Positions 24,715-36,755 of a stretch of DNA of 64,000 bases are shown here, piece by piece. Every line of letters starts with the position of its first letter. Within the stretch, counting starts at the first letter, position 1. Origin of the DNA: Plasmodiophora brassicae (lineage: Eukaryota); contig CP145427.1 of the NCBI GenBank assembly GCA_036867785.1, positions 620,001 to 684,000 of the forward strand, in the 5' to 3' direction. Position numbers and translations under genes: made by a program. Below the pieces are notes generated by a model. The model worked only from the letters and a program-made list of their open reading frames with translations. It ran no database searches and was not told the DNA's origin.

Positions 24715-24940
24715 GCGCCCGCCTGCCACTGCGGTGGCCGTCTCCCAGGACAGGCGTGCCTCGGCAGGCGAAGGGCCGGCCGACGTTGCCGAGGGCGTGC
24801 TCGCGCCCATCGTCACGACATCTGTGTGACAATGAATGACTGTTTACGCTATGACGTCGTGTAACGACCGGAGCGGTGGCAACCTCTCGGTTCTGACGAG
24901 GTGCTACTCGTCGAAATGTCTGTCTCTCGCTGCCAGTGCG
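24715..24940 (+). pseudogene. Decayed copy of the upstream region and first LRR exon of the LRR gene at 27216
   Basis: Matches ~26970-27070 (gcctgccactgcggtggcc...cgcgcccatcgtcac) and ~27356-27480 (caatgaatgactgtttacgct...tcgtcgaaatgtctgtctctcgctg) with deletions. Confidence 0.8.
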
Positions 24941-24947
24941 GCTCATG

Positions 24948-26957
24948 TTCACGTCGCGGTACTTCCCTGACTAACGTCGGATACGAGGTGTAAGCTGCAG
25001 ACCCATGAGCTCTCGATTGATGCTTCATCACTGTCTTGAATGGGGTCCATTGCATACACCATCCCTTACGAAACAACGGAAGCGCACATTTATCTGGGCG
25101 CTCCTTATTCCTGACTCCTTTAAACGGTTTGGGTGGCGGCCCACAAACTGAGGGTGTTTCGTATCCACGTCCTCATCGGTCGGAGCACGGCGACCTAATA
25201 CAACTAATAATGTGGATCAGTCCCCTGTACTAGAACAGTACAGATCATGCTCCTGTTATTACACTTACTGGAAGCCCATTGGCGCGCGCTCAGTTAGCCT
25301 CGTCTCACAAAGAGACTCGACCGCTATCGATGTCGGGCGCTTCCTGTATTGTCGTCGCTGTCTTGGCACTGTCTTACACTCTTGAGGCGAGCGTGGGTGT
25401 GGAGAGTAGCCAGAACGGGACGGTCTTGGCATCTTGGACGGCGCCCTACTTCGTCCTTGGCAATACGTCATTTGACGTCACTGCCAACACGTTATACATT
25501 ATCCCACCCACTGACCAGACAAGCCAGGAGCACCTTCTTCCGCCGTTTTCGAACACGACAATCGTCGCCATTGACTCACAAGACACTATTGATTATCAGG
25601 GCTGGGCAGATGCCTGTTCCAGCAAGGCTTTGTCTTGTCGGGCAATGATTGTCACAAACTGTGCCGAACCCACCCGCAACCTGCAGGCCTGGATGTTTCG
25701 GAGCACACGACCAGCACCGTTTACGGATGTGCCCATGGTGATCATGACCCCCGAGCAAACGTCGGAGCTGATGTCCGCATTCACTAACGATGGCAAGCGT
25801 CTGCTTCGAATAACATCGCATACCGCGCCGGATCCAATCGTGATGGCTCTCTGGCCCAGAATGGTCTGGACCATTGCGTTCCTGCTGAGTACCGTTATCG
25901 TTGCTGTTGCACTCGTCAAACTGGCCTCGTTTTGCGTAAGCGGCAATGGACGCTTTAGGCGAGCCCCGTTCGCACCGACGTTTGCGGTTTCGACGATATT
26001 CCTGGATGGGGTTCTCTGCTCGTACATGATTGGCGATATCGCGTTATGCCAAGGACGTTGCTCGTCCTACAACTTTTCCAAAGCCTTCCTGTTAGAAACC
26101 GAATTAGCTGTTGGCTGTATCCAAATATTAGCGATTGCATACATTCTCCAACAAGCGTGCGGTCCAAAGTGCGAAGTCGCATCTCGTTGGACGTTCCTGC
26201 GTCAGGCCCTGCAATGGTCAGTCGCATCGTCCATCATCATTGCTTATGAAGCAAACAACATTATCGGATTGGTAACCTCGACCCTGCGCTCTTCCTCGGT
26301 CTATGTCGCCGGGGCGCTACTGATGGATCTGGTTGCGTTCGTCGCGTTTATTCGTCAAGGACGCAATGTGACCACGCTGCTGCTACAATGCAAAGGCATT
26401 TCGGACGGCGATCGTCGAGCGCGTGTGCTATTCGGGCGACGTATCGCACGATGCGGAATCATGGGGATATTGGTCATCGCGCTACTGATAATTCTGGCCG
26501 TGGCTTCAGTCATCGAGAACTTCCCCTTGTTCTGGGTCGCGTTTTCATTATCTTACATGATGGTTGCCGTGCAGCGCATAACGGAGGCCCTGGCTTTCCA
26601 GGCCCCGCCAGACAATATCGTTGCAAGCGCGACATCGGGCATTATCGAAATGTTCAAAGCCGCGTTTTCCTGCCAGGCAAATGCGGGTCCCAAACTACAC
26701 AGCATCATTCATGTCGCCAATCCACAAATCACGTCCCATCCTCTCTAAATCCCACTAGTACCAGAGGCGTTCGCCTGGTGACTTGTGGCCATGATCAGGG
26801 AGGTCCTCAACAGTAATAAACCCAGCCAACTTGCATCGTTTGCGTTAGAAACTATCGTTGCTATGAGATTGAGTTGCAATGCTCCAGGGCCCTAAAGAAA
26901 CGGTCAACGGTTTATCGTGTCTCGGCAGCCGTGATGGAACGTTTGGCGGAACAGCAC
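24948..26957 (+). repeat. Segmental duplication, copy 1 (pairs with ~43674..45720)
   Basis: Continuous similarity through upstream region, 7TM ORF and downstream sequence, including the 3' end of the kinase gene. Confidence 0.9.
25330..26748 (+). CDS. Signal peptide + PA-like ectodomain + 7TM membrane protein (GPCR-like), paralogue 1; intronless
   Basis: MSGASCIVVAVLALSYTLEA signal; TDVPMVIMTPEQTSEL (PA-domain-like end); seven hydrophobic segments; close paralogue at 44091..45509. Confidence 0.75.
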   Translation: MSGASCIVVAVLALSYTLEASVGVESSQNGTVLASWTAPYFVLGNTSFDVTANTLYIIPPTDQTSQEHLLPPFSNTTIVAIDSQDTIDYQGWADACSSKALSCRAMIVTNCAEPTRNLQAWMFRSTRPAPFTDVPMVIMTPEQTSELMSAFTNDGKRLLRITSHTAPDPIVMALWPRMVWTIAFLLSTVIVAVALVKLASFCVSGNGRFRRAPFAPTFAVSTIFLDGVLCSYMIGDIALCQGRCSSYNFSKAFLLETELAVGCIQILAIAYILQQACGPKCEVASRWTFLRQALQWSVASSIIIAYEANNIIGLVTSTLRSSSVYVAGALLMDLVAFVAFIRQGRNVTTLLLQCKGISDGDRRARVLFGRRIARCGIMGILVIALLIILAVASVIENFPLFWVAFSLSYMMVAVQRITEALAFQAPPDNIVASATSGIIEMFKAAFSCQANAGPKLHSIIHVANPQITSHPL

Positions 26958-27215
26958 CCCCCTACGACCCGCCGCCTGCCACTGCGGTGGCCATATCCCA
27001 GGGTAGGCGAAGGGCCGACCGACGTCGCCGAATGCGTTCCCGCCTGGGCGTACTCGCGCCCATCGTCACTCTGCGTTGGGATTTGGGACCCCCATTTCCG
27101 GGACGGCCCCAGTTTTATGTGGGGCGACCGGCTGCCGCTGAGGGACCACAGGGGGATCCACGACGTCACGTTGTGAGGACGGCGCGTTCTCTCCCGCGTT
27201 CGCGCGACCTGGTCA

Positions 27216-28814
27216 ATGCCGCTGCGTCGGCTGCCGATGCTCCTGTTCGGCCTGCTACTGTGGCCTGTGCCGTCCCAGGCCGGTGCCGGCGCTGGCACAG
27301 AAATCAAGTCGGGGATCTCGGGGCGATCCCGGCTGTACGACGACACCCCTGGGGGCAATGAATGACTGTTTACGCTCTGCTGTCGTGTAGGGACCTGAGC
27401 GGTGGCAACGTCTCGGTGCTGACGAGTCAGGTGCTCCTCGGATTCGGCGACATCGTCGAAATGTCTGTCTCTCGCTGCTGGAATCCGTGATCGCGCCTCG
27501 CTCATGTACAGTGTGCGCGCGTGTGCAGCGATCTGGAGTCGAACACGATCGAATCGATTGAGGTGGGCGCCTTCGAGGGCGTGCCCAGGCTGCAGAGACT
27601 GTACGGCGACGTCGCAAGAATGCGAACCGGCTGATCTCCTTGCACAGGTGCGTGTGCAACAATCGCATCCATGTTGTCGAGAAGGGGTCGTTCGACGGGG
27701 TGCCCTCCCTCACTGATCTGTGAGTCCTATGCTGGCAGTCCCGCCCGTCCAGCGCGGTCTGCTGACCTTCGGCACAGAGGCCTATGCCACAATCAGATCT
27801 GGATGATTGAAAGCGATTCTCTGTCTGGGTTGACGTCTCTAACCTACCTGTATGGATCCATTCCAGGTCGCGTCAACTGTGACCAACTGAATTCTGTATA
27901 CGTCGTACGTAGCTCTCTGAATAGCAATCGCTTCCAGATGGTTCAAAAGCACATGCTTCTTGGGCTGTCGTCGCTGACCCATCTGTGAGCGCTCGGCGAC
28001 GCAAACCGGTTATCGCGTGCGATATTATTTATCTCAGTTCTGCACAGCCGATTGGACGACAACCTGATCGAGTGGATCGACGAGGATGCTTTCCTTCCGG
28101 TACCCATGCTGGAAATGTTGTTCGTATCGACTGTGCGAGCATTTGGCGGCAGGCATGGTACGCTCGCCGGAACTCTGCACAGACGCTTGGACAACAACCT
28201 GCTTCAGACTATTGAGGCAGGGCTGTTCAAAGGATTGCCATCCCTCGTCGACCTGTACGAATCGCTAGCTGCTGGGTGCATGCACCGAACGGGTCCGTTG
28301 AACCATTCTCAGGGCATTGGGTCACAACAATATCGATGCAATTGAAAATGGCGCGTTCTCCCAGCTGTCGTCGCTGGATCGTCTGTGCGTATTTGCATAT
28401 AATACGGCGCCAAAGGGACCCCGTCGCTGAGGTGACCACAGCGATCTCCAGGGCAATCAGATTCGATCTGTCAGAAAAGGCGCGCTGAGCGGCATGGTGT
28501 CGTTGACCTGCATGTACGCGACACAGGATGCAGATGCGTCAGGAGCACGCTGACCTGTGCAATCCGATCAGATGGTTGCAGGAGAACCGCATCGAGACGA
28601 TTGAGGATGGCGCTTTCTCCGGGCTGCCATCGCTTGATGAAGTGTTCGTATGGTCGCAATGCGTTGCCGCTCCTTCCATGTCCCTCAGCAGGATATGCCC
28701 AGGGTTCTCGCTGGGAATCCACTCTGCCAATCGCCGGCGTTTGCACATGTGGAGTCCTTGCTGGAACTACGTCGTAACTGGGGACTGCCGATGAGTGCCA
28801 CAGTCGAATGCTGA
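27216..28814 (+). CDS. Secreted leucine-rich-repeat protein (~316 aa), 12 exons, ten of them 72-nt single-LRR exons
   Basis: Exon 1 27216-27334 (MPLRRLPMLLFGLLLWPVPSQA). 72-nt exons begin 27391, 27529, 27648 and continue to 28572-28643 (e.g. DLESNTIESIEVGAFEGVPRLQRL). Last exon 28703-28814 has the LAGNPLC cap. All introns GT-AG, phase 2. Confidence 0.88.
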
Positions 28815-29355
28815 TGATGCTGTATCATTACATGGTGTTATAGTCACCCTTTTCCCTTTCTGTGGTTAGCGTGTCTGCCAAGCTTTCCCCGGCCTCGCTG
28901 TGCCGGTTGACAGGGTAGAATTTGTATGGATGAACGCTTTACTTTTTTAGTATGGGATAACTTGGTCCGACCCGCCGTCGTCTCACGGAAGAAAGTACTA
29001 CAGCAGAAGTCTCGTGGTCGCATAGAGCACGATCACCAGTACGAAGATGACGGCCGCCGTGATTGATCGCGGATCCTGAACAGGTCAACAATTCAGAAAT
29101 GTACTGCTTGTGAAGACACAATCTTCAAACCCATGTTGTTGGAATGGGTGCGCGCATGACCAGAATAGTGCATACCGACGAAATGGTCATCGCTGCCAGC
29201 ACGCGAGCCACCAACGTGTGGACAGCCTGGACCTGTCTTACGGTCTTCGGACCAGAGCGAGTTGATTATAGATGACGCGATGGACCCAATTGTGCTATAG
29301 AAAGGTTCGTGAAGAGGCACGGTGGGATCTGCCAGGGCCTGCGCGGACTGTCAGA

Positions 29356-29664
29356 TTAATTACCCTGTACTCTATTCAACAGAGAGCACACAACCCGAAT
29401 GATCAGTACAGCTGCACGCGGCAATCTCGGATGCTTGTCCATCAGGAAGTTCCAGGAGTTGGCAATTCTCGCGGCCGCGCCGAGGGCCCCAACAGTGGTG
29501 ATGTGTTTCTCCAGCATGTATAGGCGGAACCGGGCGACATGGGGCGCCAACGACGGATCATACATTGCGTGGACACGGACAGCCTCAAACAGCTCTTCAC
29601 CTGTGGCCGCCTCCGGCAGCTGAGGTACGTCGAGAAGTTGTACAGCGACGTCATGATGAGACGG
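29356..29664 (-). CDS. Small hypothetical protein
   Basis: ORF MPSHHDVAVQLLDVPQLPEAATGEELFEAVR... with protein-like composition and a possible GT donor near 29360. No family recognised. Confidence 0.25.
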   Translation of the reverse strand, partial: PSHHDVAVQLLDVPQLPEAATGEELFEAVRVHAMYDPSLAPHVARFRLYMLEKHITTVGALGAAARIANSWNFLMDKHPRLPRAAVLIIRVVCSLLNRVQGN

Positions 29665-31204
29665 CATCGCAACGACGACAGAATATTGGGGCTGCTTGAA
29701 AGTGTACACAAACGCATTTGTGTACAGTTATATTTCGAACTGTTTAACTCAGCGTAATATACTATTGTGACAACGAACTCACAGATCACATCACCGGAAC
29801 GAAGTTATCGTCGACCATCTACTCGCGTAGTGTCTGCAATTGGTACAATGAAGCCGCCAGGTAGCGCGTACTCGTGTGGCCAGAAAGTGTACACTAGTGT
29901 ACACTTCTGGTCAAGTTCATGTCAGATGTATCGATGTGTATCAAAATGCGTCACGAATGCGTGTTGAATGCCACACATTCCTGGGTTAGAGCGCACTTTT
30001 CGTCACTTCGGCTCACATATGTGCGGAAGTGCCACAACATGCACTTTTCATCACTTCAGTCAGGAATTGGCACATTTCAAGAACATGGGCAGCACGCGAC
30101 GCCATGAATTGAATGTTGTTGGAGTTACTTTGAAGGGCGTATGCGGAATTAACAACTACCGGTTTCCCAATGAGAGGTATCTGACTAATTAATAAACTAT
30201 CTCGAAATCAACCAATTCATGTAATGTACTTCCAAATGTACAGTTTCAAGCAGCCCCAATGGCAGTGACCGTGGCCACTGACGCACTTTTCGTGTTCCCA
30301 GTGCTGAGAGGCGTGGCAGCCACGCGGTATGTTTACCGACCCGGCTGATGACTCGCCGCCCCCATGTTTGGACCAACTCGTTTGACTGCAACACGCGAGC
30401 GGGTTGCAGTCCAGTAACGCACGCGAAGATCAGACATACAAGGGCGACGTTACCCAGAGTTTACGAAGGCTCATTGTAGTACCCCAATAACAGCGCACAA
30501 CATGGACAGTGATGATGGGACGAATGAAATTGCATAAATGGCGCAGAGCAGTAATTGCGCATCCTGTGGAGCGATTTCATTGAGACGCGTCTGGTGCTCC
30601 AGTGCATCAGTACCTTGTTCTACAGGCATGCCCTTGCAGGATTACTGCTAATTGCCTTTTGTCGCAGACTTTCTTAGGCGCTCGTAATTTCTTGGGCTGA
30701 CCTGCTTCCTTTGTCGGTTTGAGAATGTCTGAGCGCGAAGCGTAATGGACGGCGCCATTGACGGCCAAGGCAGCAATAGGAGACGCAGGAGGTATCGCAC
30801 AAGCCATGATCGCGACAATGCCTCCTGCGGTACTGCGATTGGGTGAAGTAAGCGATGGACCCGTCGGTGACGCGTGAAGGCTTTCGGGACCGGGAAACAA
30901 CGGTGGAAGGGTGGAGTGCCTGGAAAACGGGACCAGGGCAGGGACATGGTCGCCACTCATGCAGGCGCCCGCTGTTCTGCAGAAGGTGAATGTAACGAAA
31001 GTCGTTCAGGGCATGGAAAAGGAACTGCGACGGGAGTGGTAGCAGTTCGCCCATCTTCAATCACGCGGTTTCGTGTCGTTGTCAGCCGAGGCCGCTGGCG
31101 GTTGTGTGCGGGCAACGACGTCTGGAGCGGCCTTTGCCTGCCACTTAATTGTGGTACGCCTTCAGCTGAACGTCCGTCTTCCTGAAGACGTCCACACCAC
31201 ATGC

Positions 31205-31995
31205 CGCGGTTATCAGTCTGGAAGCCGAACCAGTTGGCGGCGTCGGCGAACACGTTCAGGACGACGTCGTTGATGGAGACGACGGACGCGGGCGGGTCGC
31301 GGTCCTCGAAGCAGTTGTGCGAGGCGCGCCCGCGTCGCCCAGTTTCGCCATCGACGTGCTGCGCTTGATGAACAGCTTGTCCTCCTGGAGCACGTACGCC
31401 GCCAGTCAGCTGATTCCCGACAAATCAGTGCATGGTCGCCTGCCGCAAATCTTGTAGACGATCGGTTTGGCGCGCAGGGCGCTTCGGTCAACGTCGGCGG
31501 CGAGCACAAAGTGCTGCGTGAAGACGCCGAGCAGGGCGAGGACGCACCAGCGATCAGGGCGAGGACACACCGGCGATCAGGGCGGGGTCGAACGACATCC
31601 CGACGAAATCGTCCGATTGCATCCCGTCGCGAACCTGGTGCGCCACGTACGCCAGGAACCGCCCCGACATGAAGTGGTCGGCGGCGGCCACGATCGCCAG
31701 GCCGCCCGACATGGCCGACGACGCCATCATCGTCGACGTCGGCTTGCCGACGGCCACCAGCGTCAGCACCACGATGAAGACGACGTCGAGCACGACGAGG
31801 AACTCGTCCCGGACCCATCCGAAATGGAGGCGATGCGCGCCGATCGCGGCAAGCAACCCTGTGTGTGCGCGCGAGGCTCTGTTCAGCAACGGGCACCGAC
31901 GACGACGCGATGCGAATCGCGACCTAGGATAGCGCCCAGCGCGGCGCCAGCAGCGACCTGGCGGATCAGGATCACGCAGAGAACGCCGCCGGCGC
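31205..31995 (-). pseudogene. Truncated, frameshifted copy of the 5' part of the glucan synthase gene (source ~23504..24273)
   Basis: Near-identical sequence (FADAANWFGFQTDNR; RDEFLVVLDVVFIVVLTLVAVGKP) with indels; lacks the start and the catalytic region. Confidence 0.9.
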
Positions 31996-32029
31996 CACAA
32001 ACGGTCGTTATCATCAAAGAACACGCGTC

Positions 32030-32680
32030 GTCGATTTTCTCTTCATGCGATAGCAACTTCTGCGATTCTCGAATCTCGGTCTCGGTCGGCCATATATAGG
32101 AAATCGGGATGCTTCATCGGCGTTACCCGAAGATCATCCATCTGCAAGATGCGCGTCGCCCGAAACGCCAGTGCAATGCGGCCTGCGCCCCGACGAGACA
32201 ACAGGTCGGCCCAGACGTTGGCCGTGCCGGAGATCTCCTTCGTGCGATAAGCGAATCCTTGCAGGTGAAGCGCCCAACGCTAAATCCTCTGCGCCGTGTG
32301 GTTCGTCATCTCAGCGTCATTCGCAAAGATGTTGCGGTGGTCGCAGTACATGAGAAGTCACCACGCTCAGTCGCCTTGATGATGGCGGGTGCCTCCTTCT
32401 CGGGGGTTGACCATCGCAATTCGGCTCCGAGAATCGCTTGCCGTAGAAAGCGAGTGGTTCGTGTCGTTGCTCATGAACTGGTAAGTCGACGTCCCCCATC
32501 GGAATCTGGGTAATGACGGCAGCCCATGCTAGATCACTAGCGTCTGTGAACAAGCATGCCTGCTGGTCAGACTTCGGGTACGCGAGCTGAACGTCCTGGA
32601 CCAGCGCGAAGCGAATGTCCTCTGAAGATGAATACCGAAGGCCTGCGTGACTCAGCAATGGAAGATGCCCAAGTGCTCGT
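32030..32680 (-). mobile_element. Ty3/gypsy pol fragment (RNase H region), degenerate
   Basis: QLAYPKSDQQACLFTDASDLAWAAVITQIP...HEPLAFYGKRF, with frameshifts. Confidence 0.8.
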
Positions 32681-32949
32681 CAGGACGATGGGATAACAAG
32701 TACACCGTGAACACGGCTCCCGACGGCATCCTGCGCACGCGAATGGAAACGCGCACACCACGACTGGTACGCGAGTCGCTGGCAACGATCTGCGAATGAA
32801 TCGCAGCATTCAGGAAGCAGGTGCACGGGTATTGGATTAGAGCTCCCAGTTCACGCGGATCGCCAGAGAATGTGAGAACACACGTTCACCGGTACTTATT
32901 GCGAGAAGCTGAGGGTCAATCTGCTCCTGAGGGGCATCTGGCCTGAAGA

Positions 32950-35900
32950 ACTCAGGTGGCTGTGGACGCGCTACTGGAGCCGCACACGGTGAAATCGTCG
33001 AAGACCGACGCGAGGGACGTCCGACGGCTGCCAGAAAGAAGGCGACGACGTTCGACGAGATGCGGCATTACCAGCACCTGGCGAACATCCGGCGCGGGGT
33101 GGCGGAAGACACCGACCAATCGACCAAGGACTCCGCGAAAGGCAAGCGGCGCCCACGTCATGACGACGATGACGGCGGAACGAGGCCGGCGCCGGAGCAC
33201 GAAGCCTACACAGGCAACGGATGACAACCAGCCACTGAGCTGGCCTTTGTCGAGGTCCACATCCGTTGAGGAAGTGTCCAGCAACGGCAACCGCCGATGA
33301 TGGGAAGGCGACGTACGACAACGTACGGGAGGACAAGAGGACGAATAAACACGTCAAGCGTGGCAAGTACACTGATGACTCCGATAAATGGTATTCGCAA
33401 CACACACGCGGCGGGGTGCAAGTTATGACAACTTGCAATGGACATTGAGGCTGGAATACCAGTTGGCGCCACCAACCAGATCAATGTCACGTTATCAGCG
33501 CCGAATGAGCCGCGGCAGCCACTAGTGGGGCTGACAGAACAGAGACACCGATGGCAGTTGCCAAGGCGGTATGCGGAGTGGATTGATCCAGACACCAAAT
33601 TAACGAGAGCAGTCAAGCTGATTCTGGCGGATAGCGAGGAGGCAGTGGGCCAGGCACCCACGAGATCCAAGTGGACATCCTCTTGCATACGCGTGCTGGG
33701 GAGCTGCAGATCCGCAGACACACATGTCTTGTATGGGATGTGAAGAAAATCTACCTGGGTCAAGATTTGTTGAAAGAGCTGGGCATAGACCCACGAACGG
33801 CTCTGGAATACCTGATTGCCAGTATGAACGGCGACGAGTCACGCGATGACGGCAATGATTACACCTGGGATCAGGATGGAGACGATGACGTCGCAATTGG
33901 CGACAATGTCCCGCAGGACATTCGGGAAGGCATTGGTAATGCGATCGCTCGAGCCATGGAAGAGGAGCTACCCCGCAAGTGGAAGCGGAGGCTCCGAAGG
34001 CTGGCCTTCAAGAGATGGAATGTCTGGAGAACGAAGCTGGGACCAGCAGATCCGGCAGCCAAGGCCACACCTTGCCGAACGCGGTTAAGGCAGGGAGCGC
34101 GGCCGTACCGTTGTAAGGCGCGGAGGTACAGCAAGGAACAAAGTGAGTTCCTGGAACGGTTCGCATCCCTGTTGAAGAAATATGGGTTGGTCTATGAGAA
34201 CTACAATAGTGGGTGGGCCTCACCGGTGGTTCTTGTTCGGAAACCCGGGAACAGAGGATGGCGAGGTCAACAAGTTGTCCGAAGCAACTGCATGGCCGAT
34301 GCCGTTCCTGGAAGCCATTGTGCAACACTTGGCATGATCCAAGTATTGGTTCTCTTTGGACGCATTCAAGGGCGTTTGGTTAATGCCTCTGGCAAAGGAA
34401 TGTCAGGAAATAATCTCGTTCGCGACGGGCAGAGGAATATACACTCCTACCAGAACAAAATATTAGGGAGGGTTGAATGCGTCGCCCCAGTTCCAGGCAC
34501 GGATGGCAGAAATATTCTCCGAATTGCTGATGAAGGCATTCATCATCTGGATTGACGACATTCTGGGGCATGCTAAAAACTGAACAAGAATGGTTCAGAG
34601 TGTTAGACATAACATACACTGCTGTTGGCTGAGAAGCATAACCTGAAATTCAATCTGGATAAGTGCGACTTCTTTCTTGAGGAAGGTGAAATTCGCAGGA
34701 CGTATCTTCACGCCAGAGGGAACCACCCATGATCCAGAGCGAATACGAGCGCTGCAAGGAACGCAGACTCCCAGAACTGCCAGAGATTTGCAGCAATTCC
34801 TATATGCAGTACAATGGATGAGCATATCAATACTGGAGTACAGCCGTATTGCCTTACCACTGCAGCTATGAGAAATCCATTAAGGATAAGCCGAAGCGCA
34901 ACAGATCGGTCGCCGAGGGAATAAGACTGAAACGGCACGGCTGGAGCGAACTGCATGACAGCTTTTGAAGAGCGGACGGAATTGATTGGGAGGAACACCC
35001 AACTAGAATATCCACAAAAGGTTATGATCCAGTGTGTGTTTGCAGATGCAAGCAAGTACCAAAGGGCAGGAATGGTAACGCAAATTCCCATGGAGGACAG
35101 ATATCTTCCAACCTGGGAGGCCCATCATCAACCATTGGGTTTCTCAGGCCACAAATTCGCGGGTTCAGAACTTAACTGGGCGTCTCGAGATAAGGAAGCC
35201 AGCGCATTGGTGGATGTAGTGGAGAAACTGGAGTATCTCCTACAGACGGGAAAGCCACTCAGACTGTACACAGATCACAGGAACCTGATGCACATATATG
35301 ACCACAGAAGTGCACGCAACCAGCAGCGGAACAGCTGGAGTGCTAGGGTATGAAGTTGCGGAAGTACAACTTCGTCATTGAGAATATTCCTGGCAATAAA
35401 AACGTGTGTGCTGTCAAGCAAACGAGATGAGGTGCAGACAGTGATCTCGGAAAAGATGCAGATTTGGAACACCAGATCGACACCGGATGAGTAAAGTACG
35501 GAGACACCACAAATGTCTTTCGAATACTCCGAATTCGAAGTGATGAAAATCGGGACAGTTATCCGGAGAATGGGGGCGTGGGAAATGAGGAACAGGAGAT
35601 AAATCCGGAAACCCATGATCGCGGTGTACCCAATAACACGGTTGGCGAGAATGAGGGTCAGGAGATACATCCGGAAATCCACCATCGTTGGGGGCAACTC
35701 GTTGAGAAATTCAGAGTCCAACCCACACTGGGATAAATGCTTATCTGGCCTACGGAATGTGAAATCAGTGAAAGGCAAATGAAATTTTCACAAAGGATAA
35801 GCTACGCAACCTGAGGAAGAACGAGGCTGGGTTATCGGTAAACCAGCGAGAACAGGTTGTAGTCCCATCGGAAGATGTGGAGATGAGAGTCAGGTTGACG

Positions 35901-36440
35901 GTTATTGCACATGCAGCAGGACTTGCACATTGTAGCATCAACCAAATGACGCTTCTACTTCGAAGTAAATTCCTCTGGAATGGCATATCAGCGGACATTA
36001 AGCAAATCGCGAAGAGTTGCTTACAGTACTGTCGACCCACACGAGGTGGTGAGGTGCGTCCATGACCATTGGGTCCAGCATGCCATGCGAAATATGGGAA
36101 GAGGTGCTTCACATGGATTACCTATACATGATGGCGTCACAAGAAGGGGCGGGGCATGATTTCAAATGGATACTGGTCGGGACTCGTACACGTAGTGCCA
36201 ACGATAGTACCTGACAGCTTGGTCACGATACAGGCACTGATGGAATGGAGGCCCAAGAATGGCACGCCTAAGACAATTGTGTCAGACCAGGCATCATATT
36301 TCATATCAGAGGTACCCAGGGAGTATAACAAGCTGTGCAATGTGAAACAACATTAGACGACGGCTTAAATATACATTAACGGAATGGGACGGTGGAAGTG
36401 GTCAACAGACATGTACTGGCATTATTCCGTACAGTCTGCT
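32950..36440 (+). mobile_element. Degenerate Ty3/gypsy LTR retrotransposon gag-pol (protease-RT-RNase H-integrase) with many stops and frameshifts
   Basis: WASPVVLVRK, IWIDDILG (RT), FADASKY and LYTDHRNL (RNase H), LHMDYLYM, IVSDQASYF and GTVEVVNR (integrase). LTRs not identified. Confidence 0.88.
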
Positions 36441-36755
36441 CAGACTTGAGATGGCAGAAGGAAGAATGGGCATGGCTGCTCTAACACTGCTCCTGGCCTT
36501 GCTATATCGAGTCGACTGGAACAGGCACGGCGAATCTCACCGCTTGGCATCTTCAGTGACCTGTCACAGAACTCAGCGGCCCCGCGCGCTGACTCTCGAC
36601 CGCCCCGACTCGCCACTCGGACTCTGGCGCACAATGGTCAATGGGGGAGATGAGCCCGAATTCATTTTTTTAGCGCGTCGAACGCCGTCGTGTTTCGACT
36701 TGCGTCGGTAGATCATAGCAGGAAGCCGAGGCGTCGGCCTTTCGGCAGTTAGAGC

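Noticed and set aside
27391-28643. Regularly spaced ~120-bp units that could suggest a CRISPR-like array
   Set aside because: No conserved nucleotide repeat; the periodicity comes from 72-nt LRR exons plus short introns.
30607-31060. Short ORFs ending in a basic/Cys segment (KKLRAPKKVC...C)
   Set aside because: Possibly a transposon-protein tail remnant, but too degraded to assign.
32680-36720. LTRs for the gypsy element
   Set aside because: No matching direct repeats with TG...CA ends could be found by eye.
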